From a virus: a DNA stretch of 64,000 nt. The stretch spans positions 41,688 through 105,687 of IMG/VR virus record IMGVR_UViG_3300025030_000054. One strand, given 5' to 3'. The translations under genes were made by a program, and so were the position numbers. This document shows positions 57,001 through 64,000 of this stretch, in pieces. The notes under the pieces are model-generated. The model was not told the origin of the DNA. It saw only the letters and a list, made by a program, of their open reading frames with translations, and searched no databases. How positions within the stretch are numbered: the stretch's first letter is position 1; each line of letters begins with the position of its first letter.

Positions 57001-58634
57001 ACCCCCATCTGAGACATGGTTGCTATGATCGCTGTGGTTTCCTGTATCGAGTAACCCGCCTGTTTAGCCATAGGAGCTAAATAGTTGAATACCGTGGAAA
57101 GTTCGTTGACCTCTAGTTTAGCAGAGTTAAGTCCAGCAGCCAAAGTATTAGCAACTATGGAAGAGTTCTTAGCTTCAACTTCCCAGACGTTAAGGGCTGT
57201 AGTCATAACACGAACAGCATTTTCGGCGCTAGACCCAGTTCCTGTAGCGAACATTGCTGTCACTTTGGAGACTAACGGAACGTCTTTTTCACTAACACCT
57301 GACTGTGCTAACAGGTTCATCAGCTTCATAGTTTCCTGAAGATCCATTTTAGAATTTCTAGCAATGGATTCAGCAGAAAGCCCGAAGCGTTTGATCCCAG
57401 CCTCTGAAGCGTTAGATATACCAGCGGTGTCTGCTAAGGCTTGGTTAAATTGCAGCAACTCAGACACAGCAGTTCTAACTTGATTGGATATAGCAAACAG
57501 TACGCCACGGATAGCATAGAACTCTACTAAGTGCTTTGTAACTTGTCCTATAGAAGTACCGAAGATAGTGAACAGGCTGTTAGACCTATTAAGAAGCTGA
57601 TTGTACTCCCGCATAGGAACTAACTGACCGTTCCACATAGCCATGCCTTGAGTACGTAAAGCTTTCATGTAATCTTCGTACATCTTGATTTTAGGAAGAA
57701 GTTTGTTGTACTCTTGGTTCTCCTTCAGAGCCTGCCCGTAAGCTATGGTAGGGTCAGATACCACAGAGTTACGAACAAAGCCACCATTCACAGGATGCAT
57801 ACCACTATTGCGATAAGCACCCATCATAGCGTCGCCGTCTTTGAGCATCTTAGCGACCGCTTGCTGTTTAGCCTTTTCGGTGTTCTTGATGATATCCAGA
57901 TTAAGTTTTGCTCTGTCTTCTTCCTGCTTCATTGCTTCTTTTTTAGCTGCAACAGTCCTCTGAAGAATCTTTACTGTCTCGTCTGCTGAACGTTCCTCCC
58001 CACGACGCCTAGAATCCAACATAGCATCGTGCTTAACATTTAATCTAGCTTCTTCATCTAAGTCTGCCTTCTTACCAGCAGCAGTTCTCCGAAGCATCTT
58101 TAAAGTAGTGTCACCAAGTTCTTCTTCATACTTCCTACGAGTAGCCAGCATAGCATCTTGCTTAGTATATAAAGCAGCTTCTTCTTTAAGAGCAGCTTTT
58201 CTATGAGCCTCGTTCATTCTCTGTGCTGCTGCAAATGCCGATTGCTGCTGCTGGAATGTGACAAATTGACTGCCAAGTTTTACTAAGTTTCCACTGTAGT
58301 TGGTAATCGTGCCGCTGCTTTGAGTAATTACCTTATTCAGCTCGCCGTGATTCAGAGCAGTCTTTGTAATAGCCCCGCTAGTCTCTTTCAACACAGCGTT
58401 GTACTTAGCCGCACCTTGCTCTACTAATTTAAACTGAGCGTTGGTTAATTTAGAGAAATCTAGAGAAGTCTTTTCAGCTTTCTTGGTAGCTTCTTCTACA
58501 GCTTTGATTTGTTTAACCGCCGCATCAACATTTATAGACGCAAACGCTTTTTGAATATCGTCAATTATTTTTTTGAACCCTTCGTTCAGGGATACGTTTA
58601 GTTCTATACCTAACTGTTGCTTTGTATCTGGCAT
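54090..58634 (-). CDS. Tail tape measure protein (1514 aa)
   Basis: TP901-type core (LAPMAKQAGYSIQET...G.K.S..GT), C-terminal ASGG...G....DSVP.M..P.EYVV. Confidence 0.92.
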   Translation of the reverse strand: MPDTKQQLGIELNVSLNEGFKKIIDDIQKAFASINVDAAVKQIKAVEEATKKAEKTSLDFSKLTNAQFKLVEQGAAKYNAVLKETSGAITKTALNHGELNKVITQSSGTITNYSGNLVKLGSQFVTFQQQQSAFAAAQRMNEAHRKAALKEEAALYTKQDAMLATRRKYEEELGDTTLKMLRRTAAGKKADLDEEARLNVKHDAMLDSRRRGEERSADETVKILQRTVAAKKEAMKQEEDRAKLNLDIIKNTEKAKQQAVAKMLKDGDAMMGAYRNSGMHPVNGGFVRNSVVSDPTIAYGQALKENQEYNKLLPKIKMYEDYMKALRTQGMAMWNGQLVPMREYNQLLNRSNSLFTIFGTSIGQVTKHLVEFYAIRGVLFAISNQVRTAVSELLQFNQALADTAGISNASEAGIKRFGLSAESIARNSKMDLQETMKLMNLLAQSGVSEKDVPLVSKVTAMFATGTGSSAENAVRVMTTALNVWEVEAKNSSIVANTLAAGLNSAKLEVNELSTVFNYLAPMAKQAGYSIQETTAIIATMSQMGVKASTIGTGTGQLLTRLMAPTKGVKDLAKAYNLELDQLNPRLHKFSEIIKTLQTADGGKAIPVQDLLKGFGQIAGRSVSAAVTAGAEYFKEMERNVSLGNASLVAYSKVMEGVGAKMNILRQTFVQLIGSITEFNGIIGVGYQALLNLTRGLMTTEGKVLAVASALLAVGTAIYTCRTAIAAFVASNPLTLWLTVAGVALTALIAKFGSLSPETERANREFRRMTKDMSDTQRAFQVITDMYGKATQAGELNNQITKEHREELNKLVRDTPSLHGVIDTSVEKYGQLAGSIKSANDQMEKMSDLNLSAYNSSINALNRAKSKKNMFGRSYDSDMAYENSREKQELTNLEGAKWKYSKEQYDAALSRIKEASVTRREEIKDRFRNDPNNRANLDRASTSRAAGIGWETVVPGASDDIYNLDLSLMKKGPGYKMPESPTKKTPTPGIAERPTHNNGPTGIDMAEAERKFNNSNAKLMQQMLIRDLETNLSAAMEDIKGETDPAAYEEKKQAVQWYIKRLTTETLKAFKEEQNINKAAAIGAEYDSSKENPFVFPDTEVGKLNAKKYTEFIKKNPDAFKNSMNAAVEEKGYLASDGSDLRNKKIPEFNKKEVAEKLYTSDKDVKAADKILQNTTKRLELEKELAKTSSEVREAELGILDAQIANTESKAKAYQTEIETLEAAMVKTDIDKEVLDAQLNRYVLITESLEEIKELEEAIRRKRKEEAETGPLANFKKGATQGLLGMGDVKSNSQQLGLDVANSGLNGMVDLLDQSISKLSKLEWSWKSFRQTLGEVMQDIAGQLQKYYIKLMVIWAAEQLVGLFSNSWGSQAGAAANSPSGISQPAFNTSPSLFAPKASGGLIVGGTPGIDSVPIMAMPDEYVVKADVVRSLGVTFMDDLNMGKIRKMATGGLVGGSSNNSGSSSGGGLNGTIQIVNVVNPDDIPQTTDAQIINVINLDIIKRGSTLKTIKMALG

Positions 58635-58650
58635 CTCAATCTCCGCTGTA

Positions 58651-58664
58651 TAGGTAATTACCTA
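58651..58664. promoter_or_regulatory. 14-bp palindrome TAGGTAATTACCTA (copy 6)
   Basis: Perfect copy just upstream of the tape measure RBS. Confidence 0.7.
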
Positions 58665-58734
58665 AAAAGAAATAGCGAACTAAACCCTAGGAGGTTTAGC
58701 CTCGCTTTGTTTAGTTCGCTATAGTATTATACTC

Positions 58735-59126
58735 TTATTTGTCACCGTACATGGTATCGTAATCATCGCCTAAAGCTGCCCTAAGAAGAGCCTCTTGATC
58801 GTCGGTGATTTCGTCTAAGCCTTCTCCTGAATCCACTTCTACAGACTCCGAAGAACCGCCCCCACCCATACACGCCTGTGCTAAATTTCTTAAAAACTCA
58901 AAGTCAAGCTTTTTATTCTCGTAGAAGATTGTGTTTTTCCTTTTATAGAACTTCAAGATTTCATTCCAAGAATAACCCCACTTGTAGTACAGAGCGGATT
59001 CTGGATTCCAGTTTGAAAGTTCTAGGATAAGTTCCTCTATGGTTACTTGCTCGCCTTCTTTACTTTGCTTTCTAGGTCTTCGCTCATCTCCGGTGTCTTC
59101 TCTGACATGTCGGACATGAGCAGAAT
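58735..59126 (-). CDS. Tail assembly chaperone -1 frameshift extension (gpT-like part)
   Basis: -1 frame is open from the slippery site to the stop at 58735. Confidence 0.75.
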
Positions 59127-59441
59127 AAAATTTTTGACAATATCCGAAGCGACCTCGAAGAGCTGTAAAGCTTCTGCTGCCGAAAGGGTGCTACAGTCAC
59201 CTTCCTCTACAATCGAACCTTTAGGCCCGTAAGTGCTAAGGAGAATATCGCCTACCGTGGTAAAGTTTCTAGTCAGTGCGTAAGGGTCGGTAGTTACGTT
59301 CCCATACTCGTCCAGCAAACCACCACTGCTTATAAACTGTGTGAAGATCTTTTCAGTCTTTGCGTAGGGGACAGAAAGGTCTACGTATTTGCCGTCTATT
59401 TGAATTTGATACAATTTGTCGCTGACTTTTTGCCATGCCAT
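59043..59441 (-). CDS. Tail assembly chaperone (gpG-like)
   Basis: Lies between tail tube and tape measure genes; contains A AAT TTT. Confidence 0.78.
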   Translation of the reverse strand: MAWQKVSDKLYQIQIDGKYVDLSVPYAKTEKIFTQFISSGGLLDEYGNVTTDPYALTRNFTTVGDILLSTYGPKGSIVEEGDCSTLSAAEALQLFEVASDIVKNFILLMSDMSEKTPEMSEDLESKVKKASK

Positions 59442-59482
59442 TTTAGTTTCTCCAGTCGTTGAGTTAGTCTTTGTGTATTTTA

Positions 59483-60310
59483 TTAAGCAGCTTCTGTGAG
59501 GGGCTGGTTTTGTTCAGGTTGGTTTAGTGTTTCTATGTAAGCTTGATGCTTAACAATTTTGTCGTATTTTTCAGCATCTACATGTTTTATGTGTTCTATA
59601 AATTCTTCGGGTGACTTTACGTGCTTACTGCGATTACATTCTTTACAAAGAAGCTGTAAGTTACTAGTATCAGAATTTCCGCCCCTAAATATAGAATGAA
59701 TGTGGTCTACCTCATAATATGCGGAAATGTCCTCACCACACAACGCGCAAAGACCTTGCTGATTTTCCATTAATACTTTGACATACTTATGGGTGTGAAG
59801 ACCAGCAGACCTGTCTTTAGCTCTTCTATTGTAGTTGTATATTCTGCATATACCGGGGTTATCTTCTCTCCACTTTCTATGTTTAGCTAGCACCTTTTCT
59901 TTGTTGTTTTTATAGTACAAAGAACCAACTATTCGTATTCTGGTCTTTTTTTCTTGGTAACGCATTCTTGCATATTCTGCTCGTTGTTCTTTATTCTTTT
60001 CATGATAATCTTTGTTGTATGCTGCACGCTTTTCCTTATTAGCCTCTCTATAAGCTCTTCGGCTAGCCTTTACTTTCTCGGCATTTTTCTCATTATACTG
60101 TTTATAATATTCTCTGCGCCGTTCTTTATTGCGCGCTACATACTCTTTCGCGTGGGCTTTAATCTTTTCTTTATTAGCCAGTCTGTACTCTTTCTCGCAA
60201 AGTTTACACTGAGATCTAAGTTTGCCTTTATGCATCCCAAAGAACTCTCTAGTTTTGTACTCCCCACATAAGCTACATACCCGTCCGTCAGGCAACTCTA
60301 CAGTTTCCAA
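59483..60310 (-). CDS. HNH homing endonuclease with long basic helical linker
   Basis: GAGGAG plus TTG 60310; CSLC...CKLC; CALCG...EVDHI...GG....NLQLLC..CN.SK. Confidence 0.88.
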   Translation of the reverse strand: METVELPDGRVCSLCGEYKTREFFGMHKGKLRSQCKLCEKEYRLANKEKIKAHAKEYVARNKERRREYYKQYNEKNAEKVKASRRAYREANKEKRAAYNKDYHEKNKEQRAEYARMRYQEKKTRIRIVGSLYYKNNKEKVLAKHRKWREDNPGICRIYNYNRRAKDRSAGLHTHKYVKVLMENQQGLCALCGEDISAYYEVDHIHSIFRGGNSDTSNLQLLCKECNRSKHVKSPEEFIEHIKHVDAEKYDKIVKHQAYIETLNQPEQNQPLTEAA

Positions 60311-60464
60311 ATTAAGTCTCCTCAGTCTCAAGATTTAGTCAATTTAATATGCGGGGCTGTGAGGCGACTAACTCTCACACACCTGGCCAGGTGCTGCCCC
60401 GCAATCTTTGATTTTAGTGCAACTCTATTTATGCTCAATAAAAACGTAGTTAAATCAAATACTT

Positions 60465-61469
60465 CTAGTGAATGTAAGAAAGTTCTTGGTAGATAGGGGC
60501 GTTACGCAGGGCTACGTTATAAGAGTCGCTTTCGCCAGCCACCTCAGTTTGCTTGATTGCGTCTAATTCCCACGGCAGTACAGAAAAATCATTGGTAGGC
60601 CCGAAAGAAGGGAACTGCGTGATACCGCAGTTGGCGATCCAGAACGATACCAAGGAGTTTCCACGAGTACGCATGACTACTTCCACCGGAACAGAGGCAA
60701 GTTCAGAATTGTTGACAACAGTGTCAACCATATCTTTGAGTGCCTTGATGTTAGCATTATTATACTCGTAGCTTTCGAACTTAACGTTAACGGAAGTCTT
60801 CTCAACAATCCTGTCGTACACCTGAGAAGGGAATCCAGCCTCAAGGGTCTTGATACTGTCGATTCGTGGAGAAAAGGATGCACTCTTAACACCACCTACA
60901 GACTCAGCAGAACCAGAGAACATGGAATACGGGCTGATAATACCAGTCTGTACTTTGTTAATCACCGAGCCAGACCAGACAGGCACGATCCAGCTCATAC
61001 CGGCAGCAATCGTAGTAGCAGGAACACCAACGATGGTAGCGCCAGAGTTTTCGGATGCACCAAGCTTCATATCATAAGCTACAGCAGCGAAGGAAGCAAC
61101 CTCTACACCCTCGTCCTTATAACCGTTGGGTGCATAGATATCTACCTCGGTGGAACTGATAGCACGAATGATAAAGCAACCATCATAATCACCGGTATAA
61201 GTTCCGGCAGAAGCCAGAGTCATACCAGTCGGGGTATTGCCAACACCGCCTACAGTCATGTCAAGGGGTTTAACAAGGTCAACGCTGGTTGTAGTCGTGG
61301 TGTCTACCGTGATAGAACTTGTACCGACATACTGCACAGATTTGATAGCTGCGGTACCTGCCGGACGAACCGAAGGGCGACCGATACGGATCTGCGCTAC
61401 ACCAACAAGAACGGAACCTACTTCTTTTACTTGGGGCTGATACTCTTTGCCCAGAGTCGTAATAGACAT
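60465..61469 (-). CDS. Major tail (tube) protein
   Basis: Size and position between tail terminator and chaperone; beta-rich. Confidence 0.72.
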   Translation of the reverse strand: MSITTLGKEYQPQVKEVGSVLVGVAQIRIGRPSVRPAGTAAIKSVQYVGTSSITVDTTTTTSVDLVKPLDMTVGGVGNTPTGMTLASAGTYTGDYDGCFIIRAISSTEVDIYAPNGYKDEGVEVASFAAVAYDMKLGASENSGATIVGVPATTIAAGMSWIVPVWSGSVINKVQTGIISPYSMFSGSAESVGGVKSASFSPRIDSIKTLEAGFPSQVYDRIVEKTSVNVKFESYEYNNANIKALKDMVDTVVNNSELASVPVEVVMRTRGNSLVSFWIANCGITQFPSFGPTNDFSVLPWELDAIKQTEVAGESDSYNVALRNAPIYQELSYIH

Positions 61470-61497
61470 TTTATTTCTCCTAATTAGTTAAATATTT

Positions 61498-61905
61498 CTA
61501 GTATGTTACACTTATAACTAATGTACGCATCATACCACCAGCCCTGTGTGTAAGCACCTGACTTAAAGATGAATCACTAACGTACATAGTTCCTATCAAT
61601 GTTCCAGTATCGTAACTATACAGATTAATTGGAGTGCCTATGTCAAGCGCATCTTTTACTTTATCTGTAAGTTCATTTAGTTTGTGCTTCGAGTTAGGTG
61701 CGCCTTTCTGTACTGCCAGATGTATAAACCAGTGCTGTACAGGCTGATGCCCCAAATTGTTATCTAAAGAATCTAGAACAACCCAGTTAATAAGGTCAGT
61801 GGGGTCTTCCTGAGAGGTATCTTCCAAGACCACTATGCTATGTAGTAGTGTAAGTTTCTCGTACAAGTGACGAAACATGGAAGCTTCTATATCTTCTATT
61901 TTCAT
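61498..61905 (-). CDS. Probable tail terminator
   Basis: Size and synteny. Confidence 0.55.
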   Translation of the reverse strand: MKIEDIEASMFRHLYEKLTLLHSIVVLEDTSQEDPTDLINWVVLDSLDNNLGHQPVQHWFIHLAVQKGAPNSKHKLNELTDKVKDALDIGTPINLYSYDTGTLIGTMYVSDSSLSQVLTHRAGGMMRTLVISVTY

Positions 61906-62483
61906 CAGCTACCCCACTTTATTTTCTTAATTTCTCTTTCAACAGCTTTGTAAAAACCTTTTCGTATGACTTCTGATTTCTCTGATAATAGAACGTTAAG
62001 TAAGGTGAACAAAGCTCTTCCATTAAATTTAGTTTGACCTTCCGAAGCTGCTACTCCAAATTCAGTTCTGTAAGCATGGTTAAAGGCTTCTGCAAATCTA
62101 GTGCCGTCTATACCAGCAAACATATCTATCTTAGTTCCTGAACTAGTTATCTTAAATGAGTCTCTAGTAGCTTCCTCTGTTTCACCAGATGCTTTCCAGA
62201 CCTCTAAAGTCCAGCCCATCTCCACTTTTTTACCTATAGTAGCCTTAGTGTTCGGCTTCCATTTTACTGATTTTGCCTCTCCTAGAAAACTCTTCAAAGT
62301 TGCTACGCCAGTTACGGTAGTACCCATCCCGCTAATTACAGCCTCAGTGTACCCGTCACCAATCGTTAAAACATACTTGTAGACTTCTCCATCTTTCTTC
62401 AGGAGGTTCTTTTCTAGCAAGGCAGTTTTTTCGTATATCTTCGCTAAGTCGCTAGCGTTTAGTTTCAAAGTTATATTAGCCAT
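61905..62483 (-). CDS. Probable neck/tail completion protein
   Basis: Synteny; AY..EFG motif. Confidence 0.55.
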   Translation of the reverse strand: MANITLKLNASDLAKIYEKTALLEKNLLKKDGEVYKYVLTIGDGYTEAVISGMGTTVTGVATLKSFLGEAKSVKWKPNTKATIGKKVEMGWTLEVWKASGETEEATRDSFKITSSGTKIDMFAGIDGTRFAEAFNHAYRTEFGVAASEGQTKFNGRALFTLLNVLLSEKSEVIRKGFYKAVEREIKKIKWGS

Positions 62484-63097
62484 TACCTGTTATCGGGAAT
62501 TACATAAAGCATTACTACGTTATCAAGTTCGGCTCTGTTGATGTAGTCTACTTTATATACCTCGCCGTCCTCCGTAGAAATTCTGTCATTGAGTTTAACG
62601 TCCACAGAACTCTGCATGGCTACTTTTATTTTTGATTTGTCAGACTGTCTTTCAGGCAAGTCTAAAGGGGCTTCTGCCATAGGATTTAACATGAGCCATA
62701 TGCCAGTAGCTACGTCAGTAAAATCTGCGGCTGATTTCCTACCAAAAGCGTCTACTGCGGAACCCATCCGAGAGATTGTGCAAGTAGTTGTGACATACAT
62801 TAATGTTCCATCAACGAAGGCAGTGTTACCGGCGGTGTATTCCTTCTTCAAAGACATTACTATGTATCTGTGGCCATCTACTCTATCTACAATCCTAGTA
62901 CCGTCAATAATGTCAGAAGTACCCACCAACCAAGCTTTGTGCATCTTAGTTCTTGCAAATGCTGTGGTGGCCTGAGTATTAACTTCCGTGAACCCTACGG
63001 TATAAGTACCTAGGTCGGCATTATAGATTCTAGGAAGTCCTTCATAAGTGCCCCTAGACTTTAAGAGTCTATTTACGACATGAGCAGCACTCTTCAT
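62483..63097 (-). CDS. Probable head closure (stopper) protein
   Basis: Synteny; D.K.NDRI....G..Y.V motif. Confidence 0.6.
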   Translation of the reverse strand: MKSAAHVVNRLLKSRGTYEGLPRIYNADLGTYTVGFTEVNTQATTAFARTKMHKAWLVGTSDIIDGTRIVDRVDGHRYIVMSLKKEYTAGNTAFVDGTLMYVTTTCTISRMGSAVDAFGRKSAADFTDVATGIWLMLNPMAEAPLDLPERQSDKSKIKVAMQSSVDVKLNDRISTEDGEVYKVDYINRAELDNVVMLYVIPDNR

Positions 63098-63107
63098 AAA
63101 GACTCCT

Positions 63108-63659
63108 TTAGTAGATACTTAGGTACTTGTATTGGTCAAGCACATGTTTTACCATTACTGGAATGTCAACCTTATCGTACTCAGCTTTAACCCCTTGGAA
63201 TTCTTCACTGGAAATTCCAATATTCTCAGAAGCTATTCTGTTAAAGTTGATAGCAGCCAGCCAAGAAGCAGCGTAAGCTAGGTCGTTAGGTACTTCTGTG
63301 TGTCCAGCGTTAAAAGTTATCTGGATGTTCCTACTACCGCTAGTAAAAGTATTCCCGTCAGTTGCTTCAAAATACACAGCTCCGTCTTCACTAGCAATAG
63401 ACACGTTATCAGTTAGGTCTGTGTCACTTACCAAAAGTTCAGCTACAGTATTGATAGGAGTTATGCGTAAATCAAGAGTGGCCGAACCGTCTCCGTCAAA
63501 GACTTTGGTGTAGTCCTTAGCCAAGATTTCCCATCTGCAATAGTTCTTAATTATCGCATCAACCATATCTATAAGCATAGTTATGGTGGCTGTTTCGGCT
63601 ACAGTCAGCGAACTCTTATTTAGAAACTTCTGTACATTTGCTAGTGTAGTGAAATTCAC
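63108..63659 (-). CDS. Head-tail adaptor/connector protein
   Basis: TTL..V..FL, I.NYC, FDG.G, ITFNAG...VP.DL..A, L..Y. Confidence 0.8.
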   Translation of the reverse strand: MNFTTLANVQKFLNKSSLTVAETATITMLIDMVDAIIKNYCRWEILAKDYTKVFDGDGSATLDLRITPINTVAELLVSDTDLTDNVSIASEDGAVYFEATDGNTFTSGSRNIQITFNAGHTEVPNDLAYAASWLAAINFNRIASENIGISSEEFQGVKAEYDKVDIPVMVKHVLDQYKYLSIY

Positions 63660-63671
63660 TTAGAGTACCTC

Positions 63672-63908
63672 TTAGCCTTTTGCAGCCTTTTTAGTAAACT
63701 TGACGTTAGACGTTTCAATTACTGGGTCGTTGTGTTCAATCACAAGTTCAGATTCTTTTTCTTTTTTGATTACCTTAAACTTGTCAGGGTAGTCTGCAAC
63801 AATGCTGGCTTTGTAAGCATCAGACATATCTGCAAACATTTCTGTACTTTCCCCTGCTTTGATTCTGTACAGAGTATCGGAATAATCCTTAATGCAAAGT
63901 AGTTCCAT
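63672..63908 (-). CDS. Small hypothetical protein upstream of the head-tail adaptor
   Basis: ORF with GAGGG RBS. Confidence 0.6.
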   Translation of the reverse strand: MELLCIKDYSDTLYRIKAGESTEMFADMSDAYKASIVADYPDKFKVIKKEKESELVIEHNDPVIETSNVKFTKKAAKG

Positions 63909-63925
63909 TTTATAATCCCTCTACT

Positions 63926-63957
63926 AATAAAAAGAGGGGCTGACTAGCAGCCCCTCT
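63926..63957 (-). terminator. Rho-independent terminator
   Basis: AGAGGGGCTG/CAGCCCCTCT stem with U tail on the - strand. Confidence 0.8.
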
Positions 63958-63971
63958 AGCCCTTTGTTCAA

Positions 63972-64000
63972 TTACACGTAGTTTACGCCCCAAACAGCAG
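63972..64000 (-). CDS. 3' end of an upstream gene, possibly the major capsid protein
   Basis: ...AVWGVNYV-stop followed by a strong terminator, upstream of head-tail genes; only a few codons visible. Confidence 0.35.

Noticed and set aside
60335-60403. tRNA or hammerhead ribozyme
   Set aside because: No T-loop or cloverleaf and no CUGANGA/GAAA core; kept only as an unassigned structure
1-64000. Stop-codon reassignment, tRNA genes, integrase/prophage boundary
   Set aside because: Conserved genes are intact under the standard code with all three stops used; no tRNA, integrase or host housekeeping block was recognised by eye

Overview
A 64-kb internal segment of a large, AT-rich tailed dsDNA phage with a long non-contractile tail; no integrase, tRNA or CRISPR array is visible. 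Left arm (1-37351, almost all + strand): small accessory ORFs, ThyX-like protein, ATP-dependent DNA ligase, RtcB, SF2 helicase, metallophosphoesterase, DnaB-like helicase, primase, family A DNA polymerase, flap endonuclease, SSB, SbcD/SbcC-like pair, RuvC-like resolvase, HD protein, dUTPase, ClpP and an intein-containing anaerobic ribonucleotide reductase with its activase, which suggests an anaerobic host. Right arm (37456-64000, - strand): head-tail joining genes, tail tube, frameshifted tail chaperone, tape measure, lambda-like tail tip (M/K/L/I/J-like), fibres, glycosyltransferase, endolysin and lipase. There are four free-standing homing endonuclease genes plus one in the intein. Best candidate for a new system: a late-type operon in which two proteins with mucin-like Thr/Pro tracts (one with a tail-fibre-type N-terminus) precede a three-domain enzyme (ppGalNAc-T-like GT-A, SUEL-lectin-like domain, second GT-A), i.e. 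possible phage-encoded mucin-type O-glycosylation of the virion. Other highlights: a bipartite promoter motif (GTAATA-N17-GTATATAAT, 5 copies), a 14-bp palindrome (TAGGTAATTACCTA, 4 exact and 2 near copies), a four-member paralog family with variable cores, a catalytically dead ligase paralog, and two promoter-driven structured non-coding regions. All family assignments come from visual motif recognition; no database searches were run.
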